This document shows, piece by piece, positions 52,320-64,000 of a stretch of DNA of 64,000 nt. The position numbers and the translations under genes were made by a program. Source of the DNA: Hydrolagus affinis. Its lineage: Eukaryota. Under the pieces are notes generated by a model, which was not told where the DNA came from, ran no database searches, and was given only the letters and a program-made list of their open reading frames with translations. The stretch lies in the NCBI GenBank assembly GCA_012026655.1, contig JAAILG010000295.1:1-64000 (forward strand), in the 5' to 3' direction. Positions within the stretch are counted from its first letter, which is position 1. Every line of letters starts with the position of its first letter.

Positions 52320-52577
52320 TCCATTGAAGTGAATGACTGATTTCTTTTTCTCAATGGGAGATAGTTGTCATGGGATCTTTAACTCCCGAATGAACAGGTG
52401 TTCAGGACCACGGTTTAATGTCTCATCAACGGGCATCACGTCCGACAATGCAGTGCACGCCCACAGCACTGCATTGGAGTGTCAGCCAAGACTATGTGAC
52501 TATGTGCTCATGTGGCAGTTGAACCCAGGATCTTCTGACATGTGGTGAGAATGCGACCAACTGAGCTAGACTGACAC
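52320..52577 (-). mobile_element. DeuSINE-like 5' and central part
   Basis: catgggatctttaac...cggtttaatgtctcatc...ggagtgtcagcc...ccaactgagctagactgacac. Confidence 0.75.
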
Positions 52578-53235
52578 CGGATTCATTGTCTTCAATGCAA
52601 ACGCTTTGTTATTTTGAAAGTGAGAAAGAGAGAGTGAAGCCGTATTGTCCATTATGGTGACAAGGGTTACGGGTAACTGAGGATGTGTTTAATACGCGGA
52701 CAAAATCAAAAGTATTTTTTAAAATTCCATACACCATGGCCCTTCCCTTTAAAGTGCAATTGAGTTCACAGAGCAGCCTCATGCCAAATAACGATCAAAC
52801 TTCTAAAGCATTTTTGCAACGACAGCCCTTTTACAACAGAACTTGAGACTCACTGTTGAGCGTAGATTCTGCCAGTGCTGATGTGTGCACCATTCCCAAC
52901 CTGAGATTAAGAACTAATTATATCTCCTCCCATCCACTGGTGAGAGCCTGGGTGCTTCACTTCTGCAAAATACATTGCCTGCTACATATTTTTAACACAG
53001 CCTTTCCTTGTACAGTTCTCCCATCTGACAAAATATCTGTTGTTTTACAGTACAGTTTATATTACACTTTATGTTGATATGGTGCTTTTCACTTCAGGAG
53101 CATGCCTCAAAGTGCAAATTGGCTGCTCGGTTCATTACGAAAACACAGTCACTACACTTCACACTGCTGGCCAGACAGCACTTCTGACAATGTAACACCT
53201 CAGCAGCCCTGCTCTGGAATGTCAGCCTAGTCAGG

Positions 53236-53318
53236 CTCACCATAGTCTTGACCAGTGGAGGCCAACCTTCCGGTCCACGGGCCATAGATTGACCTCCACT
53301 GGTCAAGACTATGGTGAG
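53236..53318. repeat. 83-nt hairpin with perfect 26-bp arms enclosing a 49-bp hAT-like mini-element (53253-53301), inside a minus-strand DeuSINE
   Basis: ctcaccatagtcttgaccagtggagg (53236-53261) is the exact reverse complement of 53293-53318; core termini CAGTGG...CCACTG. Confidence 0.9.
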
Positions 53319-54199
53319 TTCAAAGATTGTGACATGAGGCTTGAACTCACAACTAAGCTGAGTGTTACTAACTGTACCAGGCTGAGAGGCTGCTTGTGGA
53401 AGGAAGGTGATATATTTTGAGTAAACTCTTCTGTGTTTGCAATGTACAATTTACACATCTTTACAGGCAAATCAGGAATTTGCTGCCGAGTAAACAGCAA
53501 GGTTTGCACAGGACGTGTATGTCATGGGAGTGTCAGCCTGTCTCAGTTGGTAGCACCCTCAGCTCTGAGTCAATATGGTCAAGGGTTCAAGCCACTCTTT
53601 AGGACTTTGTAACTTCAGGTGGGCTTGGCGAGGTGCCCTGTGCCTGACTTTTCCATCAAAACCAGGCAATGTGTTAGAATTTCAGTTCACAAAGCATTGC
53701 TTGCTGTGCTCTGCAGTCATTTGGATGGGGACCAGAGCTGTGTTCAGTATCAATGCAATTAGCCTATAGTATAACACTAGAGACGCTGCTCCTACAATGA
53801 CACGGGGGCCCTTAACCTCCAAGTGCTATTGCCTTGACAGAATTACTCCCATATAATTAATGTTGTTTTTCTGTTCATTTATTTGCAACCCAAGCTATTG
53901 AGTTTCAGATTGAGGGGCCCCCCTAATCCCTGGGATTCTCTTGCCTGTCCTCGTCCGTGGCCAGCCTGTGGCTGTAGCTGTAAGACAATCCTTCAAATTA
54001 GCCAATTCCCGAGGGACGGCACTATTTTAGGGGACGGGGAACTGATACCAGAGAAGTGAAGATTGCGTCTCACCATATCTCAAATAGCTCAGCATCAGGA
54101 AAAATGCAGACTAGATGACAGAGATATGTTAATTAGTTTTCAAAACACAAGCCTTGCAGACATAGGAGGACTTGTAAGTTATTAGTACATCTGTCTCTT

Positions 54200-54452
54200 A
54201 GGCCTCTGATATTCTGCGTCTGGTCTTTGGAACTCCATCCCTTTGCCTTGCTCCCACCCTTGTTTCCTTCAAGGTGTGTCTCAAGACCCTCCTTTTTGAC
54301 CACTCCTTCCGTCACCTTCCTATCCCCAGCTTCCCTGGTTTCTAACCCTCCTGATCCCACACCCCAGCTTGGGTGCAAATCCCTGATTGTCCAGCACCTT
54401 GGGATGTCTTCTTGACGTGAAAAGCATTATGCAAATGTAATTTGTTGTTGTT
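54200..54452 (+). mobile_element. Old L2 3' fragment with (GTT)n tail
   Basis: tggaactccatccc...ccttcaagg...ctcaagacc; tail ccagcaccttgggatg...gtgaaaagcatt. Confidence 0.7.
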
Positions 54453-54759
54453 ATTTCTCAGCACAGAATGCCATGTTAATGGTCTAGACCAGGGAAGCTG
54501 TGCTTCGGATGAGACACTAAACTGTGCTCCCTGATCAGGCAAACTATGATCTCAAAGTCTTCAGCTGTATAAGTCTCCTAAAGAACATATGCCCCCTCAC
54601 ACTGGTGTCAGCCTGGCTCAGTTGGTAGCACTCTCAACTCTGGATCTTGTAGTTGAGGGTTCAAGCCCCACTTTAGGATTTTGAGCTTTTAGTCTCAGGT
54701 GACACCAAGAACTGGCTGTAATCCCCAGTAGAATGGTAACACAGCTACTCTTTAAATGT

Positions 54760-55225
54760 GTCAGCCTGATTCAGTGATAGCCTGAGAGTCAGAAAGTTGT
54801 GGCTGCAAGCCCCACATCGGGATTGGAATCTGAGCTGAGTGCAATGCTGATGGTGGGCTGCATTGTTTGAAATGCCGTCCTTCAGATGAGACCCAAACCT
54901 GAGGTCCCTTCTGTCAGTTCAGGTGGACGTCAAAGATCCCAAGGCACTATTTGAAAAGGGAAGGCTGTGTCCTGGCCGACAATCCCCCAAATAAAATCGT
55001 GGGACACTGCTGGCTGCTGTACTTTGTTCACAAAATAGTCAATCCACTTCACATTGTATCATGTGAAGTGATTTGAGGCATTCTCGATGATGAAGGCACT
55101 ATATCAAATGCAAGGATTATTGTGATCCTGAAAATACACAATCAATCCACTTTATAGTGTATCCCTTGAAGTGCATTGAGACATCCCAATGATATGATAA
55201 GGCGCTAAATTAAACGCAGTGGTTA
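54760..55225 (+). mobile_element. DeuSINE-like SINE, full length, plus an extra tandem tail
   Basis: gccgtccttcagatgagac...gttcaggtggacgtcaaagatcccaaggcactatttgaa Deu domain; two tails. Confidence 0.8.
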
Positions 55226-56329
55226 TTTGATCATGATTATAACAGTAGAGTGGTGACATACAGTCTGGTGGCACACACCCAGGAGGTTCGAGCGGCCTGA
55301 TAGGAAAAGATATTACTCAGTCTGTGAGGGCAGCAAAAGCCAGCAAGTGTACGGCGGTGTGTTCAAACTCCGGGCAATACACAGCCAGATTCAGGACTGT
55401 TTGTACAACTGCTCCGCTTCAGTAGCTGCTTGCAGCTGAATAAACTCAAGAGACAGTTGTTTGAAATGGAGAAAGTGACTACAATTCGGTCTGATTTGAC
55501 CAGTTGACGCGATGGAATATTGCCGAGCTCCCCCTGTGGTTTCAAGCTGCATGTCAGGACTTAGAGTTCACAGTCTAGACTGACAGACACTCCACTTTCA
55601 GTCACTATACCCCCAAATTATGGTACTCTCCTCCTGAATCCCTCTACCTTGCTTCCTCCTTCTCCATTTTCAGATCACAACTCAAGACCTTCCTATTCCA
55701 CCGTGCCTACGGTCACTCCTCCCCCCACCCCCCACCCCCCAGTCCTCAGCTTGGCGTCAAGTTCTGCCATTGTTAAGCACTCTGAAACATTGCCCTGCAT
55801 GAAAGGTGCTCCATGAATACAAATTGTTATTTTCATGTTTGAAGCAAGAGTAAACACAGGTAAATGAAACTGACCCCAAATTATCATTACAATCGGGACA
55901 AATGTACGTTTGCGTCCACAAAATGTACAATCAATTCACTTCGCTGTATATTCTGGGAAGCGCTTTGAGGCGTCTCGAAGATGTGATGAGGCGCCATATC
56001 AAATACAAGGAATATTATTATATTCTGCTTGCAATAGGTAAACAGGAGGCTATTTAGTGAACTGATGAACCTACAACAATCGGTGAACCCATTCCACCAG
56101 TCTCCCCAACACCCCTTTTCAGCTACCCCCACCAACTTGAGTTCCCAGCCATAATGTAAAGGGCCGAGACATCCTACTGACGTGACAGGTGCTTTACAAA
56201 TGTAAATTGTAATGTATAGTTGTAATGTATATTAGATCATAACAAAGCTTTTAGTTCTCATTGTCCTGTCCTTTTGCCATGGCCCTCAACACCTCCAGTA
56301 ACCAAATTTCTGTCTATTCCTGTTTGTGG

Positions 56330-56670
56330 AGTTTTGTACTGCATTAGTTAGAGCACTTGCCTAGCAAGCAAGAGGACTTGGGTTTGATTGCCAGGCAGGT
56401 CGAAACTTTAGGCAAGTTTCCTTACTCCATCCTTACTGTTACTTAGCAGTTGGTAGGGAAACGGATGTCAGATGGCTTTCCAGAGGTAATAATCCCTTTT
56501 TTTTAAAAATTGGTCACTCTATCCATGACTGTTTGTGGGACGCTGTTGTACACAACTGACAGTTGCGGTTTGCCAACAAAATATAGGTAGTGGATTCACC
56601 TTACAGCACTTTGAGATGTCTCAACAACATGGTGTGATCCTACATGAAATGTAACGATTATTGCTATTAT
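56330..56670 (+). mobile_element. tRNA-derived SINE, long form
   Basis: gttagagcacttgcctagcaagcaagaggacttggg head, box and tail. Confidence 0.78.
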
Positions 56671-57783
56671 CATAAACTTCCTGTTGATTCCAGTGTGCTG
56701 GGGCAATGGAAAATGAGCACTGCCCAATTCAGCCTTGATCGCTTCTCAACTTTCTTGCTGAATCTAAAAAGCAAACATCACCAAGCCAGAGTATGCACCA
56801 TGAGCAAAGTGTCCACAGGGTCATCAAGACTCTAGCTCGCTCTGCAAAGCATCACCTCCAGCTGTTATTTTTAACCGGATGAAACCTTAGCAAGCTGTAA
56901 TGTGCGTAATGGCTCTTAATTTTTTTTACCCGAAGTGTTAAATCAGCTTTCCAAAATAGATCCGGGCTTTATAGGAACACAGATGGCAGGAGCCAAGGGT
57001 TTAGAACGTGCTGACAAGAGAATAATCAGATGAAAAGTCCCTATTACCCGAGAATTTCTCTCAACATGCCTTCGCAATTGAGCAGAGCTCATCCCATATT
57101 CCCCAGTAACTTAAAATCTTCCACATTGGTAGTTGAGTGCAGCCTTTACTCACTGTGTGAGTGCTGGGTTTCTATTCCCAGAACCTCCTCACATTTTGCC
57201 ACGTTACACTATGTATCGCCCGCAAGAAAGACATATCAATATAATTTGCAACTAATACACTTTGTGTAAATCACTAGTCGGTTCTCTTGGCTCAAATGTC
57301 ATGACAGAATTTGTTTCCTTTGCATCACCGAAGTGCGAGGGTGTCCCAAATTCCACCTGGATTTAGCTTTCTGAGGGTTCTTTCCCCTAGAATCCTAAGA
57401 TCAACAGTGTTAAGGGCAGCAGAGAGGCCTTAAAATAACTTGAAGAAAACTGGCTTCAAAGTTGAAGCTGGATTAAAGAATCTGCCACCTTCTGAATCCT
57501 ATGACATAATGGTAATAAGTGACACTTGCATTTTACTCAGTGCTTTGTCACATAAACGAGACATCTCAAAATGCTTCAGGGGACTTCACTGTAAAGTCTA
57601 ATGACTGTGTTTGCAGTCGAAGGCAGAAATGCTAAGCAAATGGAAAAGAAGCACTAATGGATTTAAAGGCTCCGTTATTTATTGCCACAAGAAGGATCAG
57701 GTTTCAAAAATTCTTCCAGAGATTAATGTGGAAGAAAAATTCTCAAATGTTAAAATATACCACGTTTAAATTGATATCTTGCA

Positions 57784-58998
57784 ATTTGCTGCTCCACCGG
57801 GACCTCTCTGCTGCCCTTAACACTGTTGATCTTCAGCTCAGGTCCGAAACACTGATCGGCCAGCGCCTTGGGACATCCTCCCGACATGAGAAGCATCATA
57901 CAAATGTAATTTTGTTGTTGTTGTTGACCATCCTCCTCCACCACCTCGGCTCCCTCATTTGTGTGTCCACATTCACCTGGTTCGAGTCCCACTTGACCCT
58001 TGCCATCATTTGGTCTCTGCAAACAGTTTCTCCTCGTGGCTCACCCTTGCCCCCACACCTTTTCCTCATTTATATGCACCTTAGACATGGGACCACAGGT
58101 ATACGGAAGACACCAAAATCATTTTCTCTCCTCCAGCCATGATCCCAGGCCCACTGATGTTCTGTCCGGTTGTTTGTCAGACATTCAAGCCTGGATGAAC
58201 ATCAAGTTTCTGCTGCTGAATGTTGACATGATTGTAGCCATACTCCTTGGTTCCTGCCAGTGTCTTCTCATGTGCAGCTCCAACTTGCTTTACTTTTCCA
58301 GCCTATCCTTCAGACTTACCTTGTGTGTAACCGAGGTGTCCCAACTGGCTTTGGCTACCCCACACCCAGTCCTAGACATAGATAATTTTTCTCCATCTCT
58401 GCCACATCACCTCCAACCATACTTCTCACCCAGTGCAACACTTATCCATGTATTCAACACCTCCCACCCTAACTATTCCAATGCCCTCTTCACCAGCCTC
58501 CCCAGCTCCACTATTCATAAAATCCAATGAATTCAAAACTCCACGACCAGTATCCTCTTCTGTACTATACTCCCATCGCACCCCCATTACCCAGTCTTGC
58601 CTTGCCAGGCGTTCCTGGCTCTCTATTGCAGAATGGATCCATTTCAAGATTCTGACACTCATATACAAATCACTTAATGATAGGACAAATCCCTATCTGT
58701 TTACACCCCACACCTCTGTCTGCCCCTTTGGCTCAGCTGGTTCTGGCCTCCTGCATGTCACTTGTCTCCTCCGCTCTACCATTGGCAACTGTGCTTTCAG
58801 TCACTATACCCCAAGACAATGTCTCTGCCTCAATGCCCCATTATGCCTCCTCCTTGCCCATCTTCAAATTGCATTTGAAGAACCTTCTCTTCGACCATAC
58901 CCACAGTCTCCTCCCCTCTCTCCCAATTCGGCTTCAAGCTCCACCACTTTTGAGATGCTACCCATATGACGGGCGCTAAATTAACTGCAAGTTGTGCT
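57784..58998 (+). mobile_element. Old degenerate L2 LINE (RT to 3' end) with a nested L2-tail insertion at 57830-57921
   Basis: DLSAALNTVD (RT motif DLSAAFDTVDH), LSGCLSDIQAWM...LLLNVD, IHFKILTLIYKSL, FKLHLKNLLFDH; many stops and frameshifts. Confidence 0.88.
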
Positions 58999-60151
58999 TG
59001 CAACGTGCAGTAACTGCACTTTATTAGCGAAAGGAGCAGCCAATTTGCAAATGTCCCCCTAAACAGCTGTAAAGAGAATGATCAATTTTTATCTGGAGGA
59101 TTGCTGACACACATGTTGCTGGCCTCTATGTTTGAGTTCATGGGCTGTGCCAGAGTGTTCTTACCTTACCCCTGTTTGCATGTGTCCAGCCTTTTATCAT
59201 AAAATGTCAGCATGACTACATTTCAGCTTGGCTGTGACCATGGGATGGGAGTGCCAGCTTTCTATGGAAAAAAAAGGTCAGGCACTGAATTTGTACTACA
59301 TGTAATCGTTTGCTATGAGTAATTGCTATTAATATTAAAGCACCATTCCTCGAGCTCTCGTCAGGTCTTATAGCTGGCTATTGGTCAGGACTTGGAATCA
59401 CTTAGGTTAAACTAACACTGCAATTCCGCACTGGAAGTCTGAGGTGCCCGAGACACCTAATGCACTTCACAGGACATAGCATAAAGTGGAGTGACTGTAT
59501 TTTGTGGGCGAACACAGTAGTCAATTTGTCCAAATAAATATTCCACAAACAGTCATGGAGTGAGTGACCAACATTATTTGAGGTTTGGTTGACCAATGTT
59601 ATTTGGGGAGCAATATTAGAATGTAATTCTTCAAACTGAAAGGAACTTGTCAAGGCTAATTATTGATAAATGACTGTGGATAGAAATTCCCTATCTATAT
59701 ATATATTATAAACCCTTAAAGGTCCAGAGGATTGGTATGAGCATCATTTTCATGCCAGATAATGATTCTTCATCATGTTTCGGTGTGACATCTTCCATAA
59801 CATGGATAGAGTGGCGTGGGAGTTAATGGTATCGGGCGTTGTTACACTCCACTCATCTGCAACAGAAAATAAAAAATTATGTTTGGAATAAAACAGGGGC
59901 TAGCAGGACTTTGTAAACAATAGCAGCACCATGATACCTTTAATGTACAGCTTAAATCAAGCATTAGAAGAAATGCACCTTTAAGAATCTTCATGTGATT
60001 TGTGACTGGAAGGACTTCACAAAATCAAAAGGCAATTTGTACCAGATCATATGGGAGGAATTCCACCCAGGGATAATTTGACTTTATTCATGTGGCATTT
60101 CAGAGAATCCAGAATTTTTACAGCAGTATATTATGTGAAGCACTTTGGGCA

Positions 60152-60405
60152 TAATAATAACAATAATAATAATAATCCTTGCATTTGATATAGCACTTTT
60201 CACATCTTATCGACATCTCAAAGCGCTTAACAGAATATACTGTAAAGTGAATTGACTGCATATTTGTGGGCGAAATGCGGCAGCCAATTGCGCACAGCAG
60301 TGTCCCACAAACAGTTGTGGATTGAAGTGACCGAGTGTTTTATTTTTTTTTCTTGAACAATTATTATCAGGCATGTGGAGTAAGGAAACTTGCCCAAGGT
60401 TTCAT
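60152..60405 (-). mobile_element. tRNA-derived SINE, short form, head missing
   Basis: (AAT)n, tail and ggcatgtggagtaaggaaacttgcccaaggtttc. Confidence 0.88.
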
Positions 60406-62867
60406 CATGCTATTGCACTGTTCCACAGGCTTTTTTATCTCTCAGAACTCAGTGATCCCCGATTGTAATCAGCAAAGTTTACCAGCGAGATCAGACTCAG
60501 TTTCTAGAAAATCTCATTGAGAAAAGATTTCAAGGGCATTGGTAGCTGTCCTCAGGGAGTACGTCAGTGCATTGCAAGACATTGGCAGATGCAGTTGGTT
60601 AGCTCAGTGTATCTGGACGTTTGTTATTTTAGAACTATTCACCCTAACCGCAGGAGGGAAATGAATTGACATCAGTTGGAGAGGCAATCAATGGTTTAGC
60701 AACTCTCCTGTTGTAACTCACTCTCTGATCCTCAACCCTGGCAGAATCAGGAATTCTACCAATAATCCTTGTATTTCACACAGCAGCAAGTGTGTCAAAA
60801 CATCCTGAAGTGCTTTATTTACATCACGACCCCAGCAACTTGGGATGTCCTCCTGTTGTGAAAGGCGCTATACAAGTGTAATTTTGTTGTTGTTGCAGAA
60901 ATTACTGTCAAGCAATTGCTGATGGTGTACACTGTGGGCATAACATGGCAGCAAAAGTGATGAAGGGAAATTTGTCTGGAGAGTTGTGGCACAGTGTGAA
61001 ATGGGAAGAAAGGGCTTCAAATAGTATCTGAAAAGGCAGAAGTACCTTGGCTCTATTTACACTCCATAGTCATTCACAGGCAAGGTTTTAATCCAATGTC
61101 ACATCCACCTTAGCACGTAGAAAGGTTGGAGATGTATAGGGTAATTTCAGGACAGAAACTAAGATAATCAACAACGAGAATAGGATTACGAGGAAAGTTG
61201 GTTGAGGCCTGGATATTGTATTCGTTTATAAAGCAGCTTCATGCAGTGATGGGGAGATTGTTGAGTGAGTATTTATTCACCCAGGACTTATGGAGCCATC
61301 TCCTAATGTGGGACTTGTTGACCTAGTGGTTGACTGCCATTCTTTGAACCAGTTGCCCTGGAAATGGCACCTGATATCAAAATTAATATTCAAAAAGGGT
61401 GAATGCTGTGCAACAACAGCATATAGTGCACTTCACATGGGGGCAGCTTCAGAGCATTTACAGTGATATGACGCTATATCAAATGCAAGCAATTATTATA
61501 TTTAGTATTAATAATAGAATTGTCTCCCAAATTAAGATTGAATTTCAAGTTTTTTTTAACCCCCTTGCAAATGTGCAAATCTTGGCACTTCATCATGGTA
61601 TGAAAAATATCACACTGAACATGGCGACGGATCATTATCTGCCATTAAAATTATGGCTCTCACTCACATCGATCTGCTAGACGTCTAAATACAGTTAAAT
61701 GCTTGCACTGAATACAATCAAGTACTTTTAGATGCATTTATCATTATTCTTCCACGTATTTCAATTGTTGATCAGTGCAATGTAGGGGCAAGAGAAAAAA
61801 AATAACTTGGGGTAACATGACTTTGTGAACACCTTGTACATTGTTCATTAATCCACTTTGTTTCTGATGGAGCTGAGCTGTTCAGTTGTGACAGAAACAG
61901 AGTTTTTTTAACATAAATATATTATATATATATTTATGGACACAAAGGATTCATTCTTCGGAGGAACGCTTTGTTTAACAGCTTGGGTCCGTTGCCTTCA
62001 ACGTTCGGGCCTTTCAAGAGTTTAGGCCGAGAGGTTCGTTGGAGTCGGGGTTTAGAGACATAAGCATTCTTCTCCCGCACCGCCTTTCAAAACGTCTTTA
62101 CAGTTTATCTTTTCGCTTAATTCTCTGCAGCTGTGGGGAAATTTTAAAAAACTGTACAGAGCCAACACTGGCGGCACTGTAAATGCAGATTCGGGGGCAA
62201 GACTCAATCATTTTTTCATTACTTGCTTTCTGTAGATAATCCCCTTCACTGGCAGGAATCCCGAGAGCGGCCCATGACAACAGATGGCAGTAACTGATAT
62301 ATCCAGTAATTGTAGCCAGTTAATGACTCGGGGATAATAGCTGGATAAGGCCTGGCCGATCTGACTGGCTCAAACCACCTGCTGCATCTCACTGAATGAG
62401 CAAACAGTTTCTGGGGAGATTGAGGGGCAGGTTGGGAGAGAGAACCCTTTGCCATGCATTCAGAAATGTCATTTTGCTCCCTCAGTACTATCTGGGTGCA
62501 TTCTGTTGGGATGTCCTCTTGACGTGAAAGACGCTATACAAGTGTAATTTTCGTTGTTTGTTGTTGTTGTCAAAACTGTTGTGCAGGCACCAGGGATTTT
62601 ATAGGAAAAAAACAGCTGGATGCAAAGACAATGGAGTGGTTTCCTCCGCCCCCAGATGTCAAAGGGGGCATTTCTTGGATAAAATAACGTTTTGGTGGTA
62701 TGTCTGTAAATCTGGAGTTGTCCACATCTGTGCCCTGAGGCACCCATTTCCACCTCTATGCTTGTCCATACAATTTCTCCTTCCTCGATAGTTTGTTACT
62801 ACCATTTTGAAGTTCCATTTGGTCCTAATAATTCAGCTGGTAGCATTCTCATCTCTGAGACAGAAAA

Positions 62868-62892
62868 TGACTGACTGACTGACTGACTGACT
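62868..62892. repeat. (TGAC)6 microsatellite at the junction of a + DeuSINE head and a - SINE tail
   Basis: tgactgactgactgactgactgact. Confidence 0.9.
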
Positions 62893-63429
62893 ATTAATCC
62901 TTGCATTCAATATAGTGCCTTATTACATCGTTGAAACATCTCAAAGCATAAAATATCCTGTGAAGTGAATTCATTGTCTGTATTTTGGGTTTGAAACGCA
63001 ACTACATTTTGGACACAGCAGTGTCACCAAAACAGTTATGGATTGTGGGACCAGCACAGGATTTTGATATTGGGGAAGAAACATTTGTAGGGCTATGGGG
63101 AAAGAGCAGGGAATTGAGATTAATTTGTGAGATATTGCTGTGAGCTAAGTGGATGCCACATTCACTTACAAAATACTCGGTCACTACACTTTGCAATGAT
63201 TCAGGTAAAGCACTTTGAAACCTCCTCCTGATGTAAATGATGCTCAAATATCAAATACTACGTTAATATTGTTATTAATAATTCCACTTGTTAATTCTCT
63301 CTATGGCTAAATAATTTTACTTTTAGAATTCGTATCCATTTCCTTTTTGTGTGATTCTTTTGCCTCAATAACCACATTTGGTGATGAAACCTTCACCCTC
63401 AAAATCCTGAGTGAAAATAATATATTTTT

Positions 63430-63650
63430 GCTAGCAATCCAGAGACGATTCCCTCTTATTGAAATGTCTCACCCCCAAATAAAACTGGTCATTCATTTCA
63501 AGGCTGCTTTTTGGGACATCTCTGTGTCCACTTTGACTGCCAAGTCTGCCTACAAATACGGTTACTGCACTTTCAGTGAATCCTGTGAAGCGCTTTGAGA
63601 TGTGACATGAGAAGCACCATATCAAATGCAAGGATTATTATTTTATTATT
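63430..63650 (+). mobile_element. DeuSINE-type 3' half
   Basis: ccccaaataaaactggtcattcattt...gtgaagcgctttgaga...atcaaatgcaaggattatt. Confidence 0.75.
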
Positions 63651-64000
63651 TATGACATCCTTCCCGTTAAACCTGAATGCACGACTTCAACCGCAGCTTA
63701 ACTGACATCCAATGTCATTTGCACATGTCTTCCCTACTTTAAAATTCCACCTCCAATTTAGATAACTTGGATTCACATTGGTCTTTCTGATCACTTTAGA
63801 ACCTATTGATTGATCTACTAGTTAGCCGGGGTTGACTTATCAGGAGTTGACTTGTGTTCTTCTTGATTTCAGTCTCCCTGCAATACATAATATTCCCTGA
63901 CCCTGAATAGTTAACCTGGTCCCAGCATTTTGCCTACAAAATACACAGTCACTACACTTTACAGTATGTATGTCCTTCCAAAGGATAACGCTGAAAGTAC

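Noticed and set aside
56062-56088. Hammerhead ribozyme-like CTGATGA-ACC...GGT-GAAC
   Set aside because: GAAC instead of the conserved GAAA, and no supporting stems I/III or NUH site found

Overview
This is repeat-rich, non-coding vertebrate DNA (intron or gene desert), most likely from a cartilaginous fish. The species guess rests on the repeat types: a tRNA-headed SINE with an L2-type tail resembling the elephant-shark SINE2-1_CM family, DeuSINE/SacSINE1-like elements, and CR1 and L2 LINE fragments. This is inference from recalled consensus motifs, not a database hit. I found no recognisable host protein-coding gene, rRNA, true tRNA or CRISPR array; the only recognisable peptides are C-terminal/RT pieces of LINE ORF2. 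I found no convincing novel multi-gene system. The most unusual items are: (i) a 312-bp non-autonomous DNA element with an 8-bp TSD, inverted 16-bp subterminal arrays and an internal (TTAGGG)n tract; (ii) an 83-nt hairpin with a perfect 26-bp stem built round a 49-bp hAT-like mini-element; (iii) recurrent fold-back (inverted-duplication) junctions at retroelement ends; (iv) modular SINEs sharing one tail; (v) a young inverted L2 pair; (vi) two orphan exon candidates; and (vii) several repeat-free enhancer-like islands. Boundaries of degenerate repeats are approximate (about +/-20 bp), and many smaller fragments are not listed.
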